A program made the translations under genes and the position numbers. DNA of 64,000 nucleotides from Vicugna vicugna (lineage: Eukaryota). Below the pieces are notes generated by a model, which saw only the letters and a program-made list of their open reading frames with translations, made no database searches and was not told the origin of the DNA. This document shows, piece after piece, positions 26,023 to 38,610 of this stretch. The stretch's first letter is position 1, and the number at the start of each line of letters is the position of its first letter. Where the stretch lies: positions 1,881,262 through 1,945,261 of the forward strand of contig MU061056.1 in NCBI GenBank assembly GCA_013265495.1, written 5' to 3'.

Positions 26023-26230
26023 CCTTTCTTTTTAAAAATGTAATTTTACCTTTTCAGTCTTAAGGGTTTTTCTTTTTTCCTGTTCTTTGAGTTGTAAAAA
26101 TGCTTGCAAAGGATTCTAAAATATCAATTAATCTGTTAAATACCTCCACGATGAAAATCACTTTCTCAATTACTTTGTTTACCTCACAGTTTTAATTTGA
26201 CATTAATTCCTTAGGTGTTGTAATTTGACC

Positions 26231-26973
26231 TTAAAATAGAATACTGTTTCTTTACTCACAACACTTCTGACACCAAATGTGTGGGTTTTCCACACCAAAC
26301 AATCCTCTAGTTCTCTGCAGACACCAGCTGGGTGTCCTCCAGTTTAGTTCCATTCTGACACTACCTACTGAGTGTTGAAGCACAGACTCCAGTTAAGGGC
26401 TCACTTCCGTAGCATCCTCCCCCGCCCATTCAGATGCCAGTTGTAAGTAATAGGGCCCCAGGTCACCCACACTTCTGTCAGAGTTGGCTGCAAATCGGCG
26501 TTTTCCCGTGACCCTTCCTCAGATTAGATAATTTGCCATAATGACTCACAGAAATCAGGGGAAGGCTTTACTTACTATTGTTGGTTTATTATAAAGGATA
26601 TTATAAAAGCTACAAGTGAACAGCCAGACAAAGAGGTGAACCTCACAGTTTAGGGGTTTCATGGAGGTTTTATTACATAGGCATGACGGATAAAATCATT
26701 GGCTGTTGGCTCAATCTCCAGCTCCCACCCTCTCCCCAGAGGTCAAAAGTTGGTCCTGACAGTTCCAACCCTTTAATCTCCTGGTCTGTTCCTCTGGCAA
26801 CCAGCCCCCATCACATAAACAAACTTACAGATGGTTGAATGCGTTTATTATGACTCACAAAAGATGTTGCTCTCCCTGCCATCACTCAGGAAATTTCAAG
26901 GGTTTTAGGAGCTCTGGGCTCAGAACTGGGGACCAAGACCAAATCCATATTTCTTATTATATCCAATATCACA
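26231..26973 (-). mobile_element. MER21-type ERV solo LTR
   Basis: Starts aatactgtttctttactcacaacacttctgacaccaaatgtgtggg. Ends tcaggaaatttcaagggttttaggagctctgggctcagaactggggaccaagaccaaatccatatttcttattatatccaatatcaca, the reverse complement of the MER21 5' end. Confidence 0.85.
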
Positions 26974-29900
26974 GACTTGGAAGTTCCATTGCAAGCAAGT
27001 CTCCTTATAGCTTTTCATGGAAAAAAAAATTATATCCTACTTTTGTTTGTTTATTTTTAGAAATTTAAAACTTTCTAGATCTTCATATCAAAGGTCTTTT
27101 ATGTGCCATCTTTCTTAGGACTCCTCTTTGCTCAATACAGTTATCAAATACTTTTATGTTGCTCCTTGTATAATTTATACACATCATATTATAAGTTGTA
27201 TATCTTTTCCCCTTGATCTGAACAGCTACTTGCTCCCCAGGAATGTCTGCTAGCTTTGGACACTGAAAGCTTCTCTCATTCCTACAGTCTAAGAGGAAAC
27301 TCTACAAAGTACAAAGAGCATGGAGGTTCAAGATTTTTAAACCACTGGTTAGAATGTAAGTTTTACAACCCCAGCTTGGGCATGAAAAATAAGATCAGCC
27401 CTGAAGCTATGCCTCCATTTTATTTGAACCACGAAAAGCTAACGCACAGGGACCAAGGCTTAGATCAAATGACAGTGTCTTAACCAAGTTGAAACTATGA
27501 CATGCATGTTGAATCCTAATTCAGAAAGTAAATACTGTCTATGCAATATTTTTTCTTAGGTATACTGACATTTTATAACATGTTAACATACAAATATGAC
27601 ATACATTTTCTCTGAGCCCTTCTTAGAGAGAAAACATTTAAAGAACAAACTTAATGAAAACAGGCTTATTGTTCTAAATATGGATTTGAAGTCCTTGATA
27701 CGTATTTTTGAGCCAAGTCTTCATTTATATGAACACTTTAAAAGCCAGAGCAACCTGCTGGGGAAACATCTTGCAATATTTTCTCCTACAACTTTTGCTT
27801 CATTGTAGTTTGCTAATAATTTTAGAAGTAGCTAGATATTAAATGAAAAACAAATGCATTCTAGTTTTGAAGCAAACTTTTGAAAAATTATTAGTCTAAT
27901 TCATGAAAATGCACTAATTAAATGCATTGCAATTATTTAAAATCTTGGATTTTTCTCTGGAGTCTTGGATTTTTCTTGAATTCTTTAATTTACAGTACTA
28001 ATGCTTACTAACTTATAAAATCCATGTATCTAATATATGATACAAATCAAGTGCATTATGGACTTGTACTTAACTTACTATTCAGCTATCCTTTACCATT
28101 GTTCAGGAAAATCCCTTAGATACATTATCTAATTTCACATGCCTTAATTTCAGATTCAAATTAAATCTTCCAACTAATCAAAAAATCTGGTTTTAAAAAT
28201 CTTACATTGTTACCAGCTTAGTTTTGCTATTACGCCTTGCTAATAAACTTTTGGTTAATGATCAGTTTTAATTCAGCTTAATTCAATTTTAATTCAGTGA
28301 TATTTCTAAATTGGGTAATTAATATCTGACATTATTCTTAGCGCCTGACACCTGCTTGAATGTCCTTTACCATGAGGAAAGTTTCCCATTGCACCAACGT
28401 AAATAAAATCTGGTAGCTAGAGAAAATAGCTACCTTGATGAAATTTGGGACATAAGAAGCCAGCAAATACTGTAAATACTCTCCTGTTTTATTTCATGAG
28501 CTCTTATACTGTGCACTTTGAAGAGCTTTTCTTTCTGCTCGTCTTCTTTACCCAAAGTGCCGGTCTAGTATCCTCAACTACAAAAGATGCCTTGAAAGCT
28601 AGACTGTCTATTCCGGACACCAGACTCTAAGCTTCGGTTAGTGTTAGGTCTACCCAATTGAAGTAGTTATCTTTAAATGTATTTGAGTCACTTCTTAAAA
28701 AAGGACGTTTTACAGCCATTAAAACATACTCGATGGATTAGTAACTAAATATGGTTTACTAGGTTGTTAACCTAAGCATAATGATACAGTCAACAGAATA
28801 CATTATGTTTCTAGTGAATATTTCCAATGTCTCTTCACTAGGAAATCTGTAATACCCTTTAATCTAAGACATATTTAGCCTGGTTCTCTACAGGGTCTCT
28901 TTTTTGATTTTACTTTTCTTCATTCTCCTTCTTGTTTTGTGCCCTTCTATTCAATCTGCACTCGAGTATTATGTTTCCTTGAATGCTTTAAAATCGTGCC
29001 TGCAACTGCTTCAAGTATTTCTAAGGACATTTGCTTCCTTCCAATACACTCCACTACAAAGTTCCAAGTCCAGCGTTCAATACCCAAGAATAATGTCTCT
29101 GTTCTGCACACCCTCTAACCCACCTCCCAGACTGCAGGATGCACTCAATTTTATACCCCCTGACTTTTGAAGATCAGATGCAGTTTCAAAATTGGGGACA
29201 ACCTAGAATAGGCTACTATTCTAAGTACAGAAGTCTTGAATTCAAATCATTGTTTCTCTTTTGAACTATTGAGCATCCTCCGTTGATTGGAGGACTTCAG
29301 AGATTTGACTTGAAGCTCTTTCATGCCTGTGATGTACACACCACCCAGGTGCATGTGAGAAAAAGGCATGTGATCAAAATCACACCATAATCCTGAACAG
29401 CTAAGGCTCGGCTTCAGCTTGTCATTTCCTAGCCTTGCTCTCTGATAGAGCCCAGGCTTGTCAAGTATTTAGATAGACAGCCCATGAAAAGGACAAGTTC
29501 AAATCAAATCAAGTTCACCGTCTTTTTGGGGTGTGCATTTGGGTCACTTGCGGGCATGCAATCAATGTGATTTAATCGTGGTGGTAGTGATGGTAAGGAA
29601 CAGGTGTGAACAATTTAATTGAATCGGTAATAATTAGAAGTTCATCCTACAGCAGTGATGTTCCTCCGGACTGCATTAGCTTTTGAACAACAAAGAGGAG
29701 GACAGCTACAATCTCTGAAGCGTGATCCCCATTGTAATAGTTTCTGCTTGCATTTTGGAAGAGTGCTGAAAACCCTTCACCTCCTTTACTGCTAAGAGAA
29801 TGGGTGCATATAAATGTTAAAATTATACCCCAGTATAAAAGTTATTTGCTTTTATTTTTCTTCTTCATTATTTCAATTAATTGGGATTTTTCCACCTAAA

Positions 29901-31849
29901 CCAAAAGTCTGAACTCCGCTAGCTCTTAATGAATGATAGAGGAAAATATAATTTCTCCTTGAATGTTAGGTCTGGAAAATATCCTCTGACCTACTCAGCC
30001 TTGCTAATCAGGAGAAGCCTTCAGAGGGACCCTTAGTTAGATTAAACAGGCTACGGTCCACCCGCCACCCCACTGTATTTGTTTACAGTACAGTTTTTGT
30101 CAGACGTCAGGCTTAGCGTGTCTGAGGAAAGCCGCCCCACGTGGTTGAGAGTGGATAGAGCCATGTCTCTGGTAATTGGATAGTGAGCTGTGTTTCACTT
30201 AAGCTGTTTTGAATTAATGCAAGACATCAGCCGCTGGCTTTAGGTGGTTTAATTATCAGAATTGTCACATTTTAGTTATCAGCCCAAAGGGTACGTGCTG
30301 GGGTTGATTGTGAACATGCGGTACCACCTGATACAGGTGACCCGATGGCCAGATATGGGTCACTTCAGGAACAGGCTTAATTTAAAGGAGCGCTCTCCTG
30401 ATTTAGAAATATTTGTGGATAGGAATCAGATTTTCAAAGTAAAAAAAGAAAGACTGCTTAAATACAAAACAGTTCAGTGGGAATAAGAAAAAAAAATCAG
30501 GTGCAGTCTTGGTCTCATATATAGAACTTACGTTGATATTGAAAGATTTCTAAATGTCTATATTCACTGTGGGTTTTTTTTTTTGCAGTTTTGCACTTAA
30601 GATTATTAAACTTCAGCCATTTATTCTAATGTGTAGGACTAACCCATGTCCTACTCTGTTATTAGAATAAAATCAATTCTTTTCAGAAGTCTCTACCATA
30701 AACCAAGTAGAATATAGTCCTGCCCATTATTCTTACTTACAAGAACATGAACCATTTATCTGGAAAACCTTCAGTGTCTGAAGAGTTGGTGCAGTTTTCA
30801 GTTCTACGTGTTTAACTGCACTTTTAGTGAAATTCTACAGTGAGGATGCTTGACTGCAGAGCCAAGTACCCCAACGACCATCACGAAGCTCTAAATTCTA
30901 TTGTTTTCCTGGATGCTACTGCTTTCCTGAAGCATCAGTAAAAATAATGGAACTAATTCTTCTGAGTCACTGCACCCTCATCCCAGTTCAGTTCTAATAG
31001 TATTGACTACAATCTAAGCATTTTTGCTTCACTCAACACGGCTCTTAAAGGGCTTTCCCTTTTGAAGGCACACTCTCTGTGGGTGGTCAATACCCTTATG
31101 AAATTGTCAGACTTGAAAATAAGAAGGATTGTTACTGGAACATTAAGTAGGACAGAGAGCAGACGAAATTTAAATACAAAGTTGCAGCTGTTCATAAGCT
31201 CAAAAACTTAAATTAGTTCAGCTGAACTGCTAAATTCCAGTAAGAAACAAACTGAAAAGTGAGTTGAGTTACTCATTTCCTTAATAGGAGGAAAATGCAT
31301 CTAAAATATAAATTGAATGCTTGCCTTCTTAAGAAACTAACATTTGTGTTAAATGATCCCTTCCCCAATCAACCCTTTAAGCTAATTTTTTTTTTTTTTA
31401 CAATCCCTGTAGAACAAATAAGGAACCTTGAATCCAGGCGGCTTTTCTTTACACTCCCCTTCATCCATCCTTGCAGCTTCTGACAAAATGACTCTCTCCT
31501 TCTTAGCAATCTCTTCCTTAGAATCCCTTAGCTCTTCGAATATCTTTCTTATTTTCTCTTTCTTTCTTTGCATTTTCGATGGTCTTTCTACCTGTTCTCT
31601 TGTGTAGGATTTCCCGGGCATCCATCCTCTACCTTTCTTTCTTTATCCAATTCCTTAGATTGTTCAGCTCCTCTTGCCATCAGTGGTCGCCTTTGTGTTC
31701 TTAGGAATCCTGCGGTTTCTGTGCAAACTTTCATCTGTAATTTATTTCCAGTTGTTCACAGCACGTGTCCAGTCAGATTCTGGTCAGGTTTGTGAAGTCA
31801 AGCCTGAGGGTATGTGAAAATCAAAACTGAATCTCTGGTCTGCCTCCCA

Positions 31850-32500
31850 TTTCTGTTCATGGCTCCTGTGTTACCTTGCTCCCCCAAGTTACATAATGTG
31901 CAGTCAACTTTACTGCATCTCTTTCTCATCCCACAGTCTTTTAGCCACTAAGTCCTAGGATAGGGTCTTTATAAAGTTTCTGTTTGTTTCTTCCTTCTTG
32001 TGTCCTACCACCACGACTCTAATTTGGACCATCACCACCTCATTCCTCATCTTTAACAGTTGACCCCCTAGTTTCCAAGTGCCACCACTTTACCTCATGC
32101 TGGTGACCCACGACCCCAGTGGAGTCACATGTATTACATATTCTCTTTGTTAACAGTCTATATTGGCTTCTTTTTGCATATAGAACAAATTTAAAACCAT
32201 CCATCCAGCGTTAAGGGCCTATATGAACTGACCCCATTTTATTTTTTTTTAATCTTAAAATAGTCAACCTAGAGCTTCTTGCCTTTGTTCAGCACTGTGA
32301 CCAGTTTTGCCCCTGGACACGCTCACATTTATCTCTGCTTCTGTCCTTTCTCCCTCTCTCCTATTACCCATCCTACACATCTTTAACACTCACGAGATTT
32401 GCCCTCTCCGTGATGTTTGCCTGAACCAACACCAGCCCACAGGGATTTTTCTCATGTTCTGAATTGCCTCACAATGGCACATACAGCCTGCAGCTCTGTC
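31850..32500 (+). mobile_element. L2 LINE remnant
   Basis: accaccacgactctaatttggaccatcaccacctc; ggcttctttttgcatatagaacaaatttaaaaccatcc; agggcctatatgaactgaccc: L2 3' region motifs. Confidence 0.6.
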
Positions 32501-32604
32501 TAAATTTTATAGATTGCTTCCAAATTGTTTTCTAATTTATCAAGAATATACGAATTTCCTCTCAAACAAGATTTAACATTCCTGAAGAGGAGGAACTGTG
32601 AATT

Positions 32605-32776
32605 NNNNNNNNNNNNNNNNNNNNNNNNNNNNNNNNNNNNNNNNNNNNNNNNNNNNNNNNNNNNNNNNNNNNNNNNNNNNNNNNNNNNNNNNNNNNNNNN
32701 NNNNNNNNNNNNNNNNNNNNNNNNNNNNNNNNNNNNNNNNNNNNNNNNNNNNNNNNNNNNNNNNNNNNNNNNNNNN
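32605..32776. other. Assembly gap (172 N)
   Basis: Run of n. Confidence 0.99.
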
Positions 32777-35142
32777 TAATATAATTCTGGTATTCCCAGA
32801 GATGTTCTGGAAGGTTTATATGTACTCTCATTTATTATAAATACATTGAAGCATGCTTAAATGAAAAAGGCTGAATAAAAATGAATTTCAAATGACAAAA
32901 AAAGATGTTCTATAAATGTAAGAATCAGTGTCTACATTCTCATGTAACTCTGAGTAAATATATAGATGAACTGGAGTCCTTTCATTAAATCACACTCTGA
33001 AGTCATTTTGTGTTTCTGCCCACGACAGCTGTACACCTATAGAACAGACCTATGCATTATCCCACAATAATATAGCTCATGAATTATAGACACCTAGAAC
33101 ACATTTGGGGAAATATGAAAGCAGACATTATTTACCCATCAAGTATTTTGTGGGTTCCAAACTGGATGTCAATGCGTGCCAAGATTTTTGCCTCTGCAAG
33201 TTCCTCTTTATCATATAAAATTCATTGACATTTGTATTTGTGATGTTATGGAACTACTAATTCCAAATGAAGTATCCTTGTGAACACAAAAGGAAAATGC
33301 TTTTGTTCATAGTTGAGCTTGCTGCCGCATTTGATTTGTATGAGGCTTGATAAATGCTTAACCAAAATAAGAAAGCACATAGGTTAAAATATTTTCGCAT
33401 CATAAGGCAGTCCCACACAATATAAAATCCTCATGATGTTTCATTAAAACTTTTAAAATAATTTATCATTTTTCCATACATTTTTAAAAATATATGCTAT
33501 AGAGTACTATTCGTGGAGAAAGGCATTTTTATTGCTCATAAAAATACCAATAAACAAGCATCAGACATAACATGTTTTCTTTAATATGTAGGAGGGAAAA
33601 ACACAGGTTCATTAATCCTGTATACATCTTTGAGAAGTTAAAAAAAAAAAGTTGAGTTCTAGCAGATTAGAAGAAAGGGAAGAGGTTTTAAACTGAAAAC
33701 CCTGCAATGAAGATGCCACCAACTAGAAATTTCCATCTTTGGCTCATGAGCTGATCTTAGTTAATCGGATATGAGGCAAAGGTGTTATTACCAATTTCAA
33801 ATTCCTGATGAGGTAGTAACGTCACCCTTTAATCTAGGCCCAAATGGGGACTGGTCCTCAGATGGAGAAGTAGCACATTAGACCCTCAATATATATGACG
33901 GCTGAGGAGACAGACAAAAGCATGAAGGTGGTCTAACTCTGTCATGTCTGTGCGATGGGGACCGCCCTGTCCTGCTCAGATTCCACACGGGGAGATGCTC
34001 ATTTACAGGCCTGGCTTGACCGACTTCACCAAGAGTTATCCATGATTTGCTGGCAGCTGATAAACCCATCAAAAGGTAACCAATAAGTAAGAACTTATTT
34101 GAAGAGTGACATTATCTTACTACTGTCAGGGAATGTGAGCAAAATAGCCATGGGTTTATCGTATTTACAAAGAGAAGGGGGTTTGGAAGTAGAACTTTTT
34201 TTTTTTTTTAAGGTTAGCCATCCTTAATCCAAAGCTGCAGAAGAAGATTTGATGTTTTGTAAATGGGTGGTTTTATCTGGGATCTGGTTAGGAGCTTTGC
34301 CAAGTCAACAGTCGCCAAGTCAGTGGCAGTTTTAAAAAATGGGAAATGAGAACTTTCCCCAGTTGAAGATAGAATGATCTGTCAGAATACACAGATGCCA
34401 CAGAACAGGTAACCGAGCATCATTTGCATCCAATTACGGGTGTCTCTGGCTGTACGGCATGCATATTAATGCGCCCAGTGTGCAAACAAGGCTAATGTCC
34501 ATAAACATGAAAAAGATTAGAAAATTCATTAATTAGGGTCATTTGTACAATTCCATCGTCAACTTTAATCACTTGTTTCAATTGATATCTCCTTTAGAAA
34601 GTCCACCGCAAATATTTATTTATTCAGCAAGGATATTGTGTAGGACTCTTTTCTGCTTGACCTATCATGTAATTTCTAATAACACACTCATTTCATTCTA
34701 ATAAGCGAGAGGTTAGCTTTAACATAGTAACAGGATTAATAAACCCTTATTAACTGCATTAGATTTCATTTCCCCGTCAGTGGAAATAATGTGGCTGCAT
34801 TTGACCAGTGTGTGTCAATCGGCTACTTTGTGTCTTTTAGCAAGAGCCTGAACCAAAAGAGCGGTTTTTTTTTTTTTTTTTGCAAATGTAAACATTTAAA
34901 AAGACCTAGGTCATTCCATTAAGAAAATAAATTTTTTTCTGAATCAAACTATAAATAGGATCTCAATTAAGTAATTATGAGCTATTCCATTTGTAAATAT
35001 TGACTCAGCACACACAGTCACATGGCAGAGTCTAAGCACCTCCACTCACTGCACATTCACTTTCCCAGACACCCAATATTTTGTTCCTACCTATGCAACG
35101 CACCCTACTGAACTGTTTTCTTTACAGATGCTCTTGTGGGCT

Positions 35143-35185
35143 GGCTCTCTCTCTCCCTCTCCCTCCCTCTCTCTATCTCTCTCTG
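35143..35185. repeat. (CT)n-rich polypyrimidine microsatellite
   Basis: ctctctctctccctctccctccctctctctatctctctct. Confidence 0.85.
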
Positions 35186-35589
35186 CCTTTCTGTGCCCAC
35201 CTCAAACTTTCATTTATTTTATTTAATCATGACCCCATCAACAGAATATGTTACACATACCGTGCTTTCTTTGGCTTGTTTAAAGGTAGATGTTTTTCTC
35301 CATTAACTCACTCCTTAAACGTCCCCCTCTACAAAATTGTATTTTTATTATTACTCCTGCTGTGTTTAAAATGTTAGCAGCATATAAACGAGTATCGTTT
35401 TCAGTGACAGGCTCCCTCCTCCTCCACCTGTAGTCAGACTCTGGACCAAGGGAACAGCAAGCGTTGAAAGAAGAGCAGGCTTTGAACTTGGGGAGATGAA
35501 GTGAGTGATTTAGTAGGAAGTGAATTAAAATTTTTTTTTCACTCAATCTAAAATCTAGAAAATTAGTTCAAGACTCTTTTTTTTTTCAT

Positions 35590-35710
35590 TTAAAAAAAAT
35601 GACCTAAGGCAAGTCACTTAATCCCCCTAGACCTCTATTTCATTGTCTATAAAATGAAAGTATTGAATAAGCTCGTTGTGATCCCTGTTAAAATTAAAAT
35701 TCGTGTTTCT
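35590..35710 (+). mobile_element. MIR/MIR3 SINE fragment
   Basis: tgacctaaggcaagtcacttaatcccctagacctctatttcattgtctataaaatgaaag is the MIR core. Confidence 0.8.
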
Positions 35711-37622
35711 GAGCTATCACGTGAACGATTTTTTAAAAGGACTGAAAAGTTTTACTGAAGTGGAGAACGATGTTCTCCGAAACACCCTGATATTTCTGAT
35801 AAGTAAAATTTAGCTTCTGTTTTTCATCTTGGGAGATGGCAAGTTTCACCTTTTCCCCAGATGAATCTCGAAGCCAGATGGGAAAATATTATGTGAACAT
35901 GCTGGAGCCTTGGAACATGCTAAATTCACACGTGGAGGGTGAAGAGCCTTACGAAGGGGCAGGGGTGCTGGAGTTGTCTCTTTAAAAGTGGACAAGTTTA
36001 TTGGATGCTGGGATGCAACTGGTGAGAGCGGAAGACCAGGGCTTGTGGTTTCCAGATCCTTGTTCTGTCCTCCACAGCAGCTGGCGTAGGCGTTCTGACG
36101 GAGTGCTGTCTGTAAACAGACACCAGCTCTCAGAGCCCTTTGCTAGCTTCAGCCCGCGTGCTGCATCTCCTCATTCCACACAGCTGGCTTTTCATGAATC
36201 CCCAAAGGCTTGCCTGGTGGTCATAATGTGCAGCATCACAGACCTGTTGGGCAGTGAGTTCCAACCGGTAAACACCAGCGTCCAAAACACCTGCAGTGCA
36301 TGTCAACACTGAGGGAGACACTCTTCCTGGAAGTCATCTTTCAGAAATGCAGAGTCCTGTCACCCACCTTGGGCAGCTTCTACTATTCTCCACAGCCCTA
36401 AAAAAGCACCCCTTCGTTTCATCCTGATAGTCCCTTCCCGGAAAGTCTTCATTCTTCCAGAGAGTTTCACTTTAGGCTCATATCTCCTTCTTTCTTTCAG
36501 GCTGCCAGTTTCAAAGCTGGCTTTTTTTTTTTTTAACTAGTCTGCCCCCAAATCTGTGGCCTAGAATTTCAATGTACAGAATTCAGCATTTCAAACATTA
36601 TTTTGGTACAAGTGAAATGTTTAAGTGGAATGGTTCTTCCTGGAGTCTTCCAATATTCTTCCCATTTTTTAACCCACAACTCTGCTTCCCCACAGATAGA
36701 AGGATACTAAAGAGCATGAAATGTATTGTTAGTCAGAAGGGCTCCTCTATCATTCTTCTTGGAGAAGTGTATCCAGGAACACGTTTGTCAGCAGTTAAGT
36801 CCAACGAGTCTCTTCTGAACTAATTTCATACTAACCCAAGGTAGAACACTTTCATTTTTAAACTTGGCATTCGTACATACCAATTCCGTGTTAAAATTCA
36901 GAAGCATCTTAGTGTTCTCACAGCTTTGCTTGCGCTTCAAGAACAAAATTCATGATTTTGATCAAGGACTTTGATTCCAAGAGCTGATCGTCTAAATCTG
37001 GAAACATTAGAGGTCACCAGAAATATTGAGCTTTCTCTTTTTTGAACTGCAAGTGTTTGGAGAAGCACTATTGGACAAGAAAAGCATCTATGCTGGCCAA
37101 TGATACTGATACATTTGTGTAAAGAACATATTTAGTAACTGTATTGATGTTGGTGTCTTCTAATGCTTTTAGCATTGTCCTCATCATGAAATTAATTCAT
37201 TCTTTTTCGCTCTCTTTTGTCTTTTTTTTAAACTTATTCAATAAGTATATGGTTATGCTTCCATCAAATTGGGCTTAAAAGACTTCCTCTTCCCTTATGC
37301 ACATTTTCACTGTCAAAATCTCACCAAAACTGTCATTGTATTAGAGCAGCTTAGCCTTATGACTCACCAACCAACAACCCTGCTTCTGTAAGAAGTGCAG
37401 TCAATGGTGTAGGTACCATTAGAAATTCTTCCTTCCTCTGCTGTCAGCTGATAAGATCCAGGAAAGCAGCTTTATTCACTTCGTGCAATCCAACTTCACT
37501 GAAAAGAGAAAACAGAGAAGGATCAGTTCATACTAAAAATAGTTTAGTGATCCTGCATCACCTGTTTTTAAATATAATCTTTGAAAAAATGATAGTAAAT
37601 AAGCTAATATGTCTGTGATTAA

Positions 37623-37665
37623 ACACACACACACACACGCACGCACACACACACGCGCACACACA
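37623..37665. repeat. (CA)n/(CG) compound microsatellite
   Basis: acacacacacacacacgcacgcacacacacacgcgcacacaca, 43 nt of uninterrupted purine-pyrimidine alternation. Confidence 0.95.
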
Positions 37666-38610
37666 ACTTTGTGGCAGCTTTATCAATGGATAATACAATA
37701 GTTACCCAACTCCGTGGTTCAGTCTAGGTTTTTCACTGTTTAATTGCACATTTTTCTTATCTCTGCTGTATTTATGTTTAAAGCCTCTTAATGCTTTATT
37801 TTTTCCACTTCCTCCTTAGTAATAACATGAAAGAAAGGGGGAGGGTCTAAGAATGATCATCTTTGCTCATGCAAGTTTCCCTAATCCATAAAGTATTTTC
37901 TAGTCCCACTGAAATCTATCTTGTTATTATTGTTCCAATCAGCAAATTCAAAACTCTTCCAACTCATTAAGCTTCCTGGCATTCTAATTTCTTGATTGAG
38001 ATGTCTAAAGGTTTGTATATAACCCAGATGATATCAGACCACATCCCTTCCTCAATTTCTGTTGGGGAAATATTCTTTGTGGTAACCCTCCTTTAATATT
38101 TTTCGTCTGTTGCGTATGTACAGTTCCAAGTGCCAAAACTTTCAGCTTGTAATAATGTTTCAAAATAGTCACCACGAAATATATTTCATTTGCATTTTTT
38201 CAATAAAAGCAGTGTTTTGAAGATACAGCAATGACTTTTATTTTGTTGTTTACTGGATTCAGAGGAAAGAACATTCCGCTGAAAAGATGAAGCTGTCAGT
38301 AAATTACCAGATAATCTTTAATATGTCATTTAACTTTTGTTTTACTTTTTAATCAAAAAGAAATCTCTTCTGTGCGGACATATTACCAAAAAAATGATGT
38401 AGCAACATTTTACTTTCACCATATTATTATTATTTTAAGAGAGATTTGGTTTTCTGCATATTTAAATATACTGAATATTTTCAAAGATTTGATATAAAAA
38501 TAAAGGAAGTTATGGGGCTAGTTTTATCAAAGAAAATGATTAGAAATCTTGTGACGCTTTTGTAAGTTACTTTCAATGCTGTCCCTATTCATCTCACAAC
38601 AACTTTCCAT

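Noticed and set aside
28412-28434. Perfect 8-bp stem ggtagcta-N7-tagctacc (also gagtcgc-N6-gcgactc at ~57425)
   Set aside because: Several 7-8 bp stems are expected by chance in 64 kb; no RNA-family features.
33805-33814. tgaggtagta, identical to the first 10 nt of let-7
   Set aside because: The match stops after 10 nt and there is no pre-miRNA hairpin.
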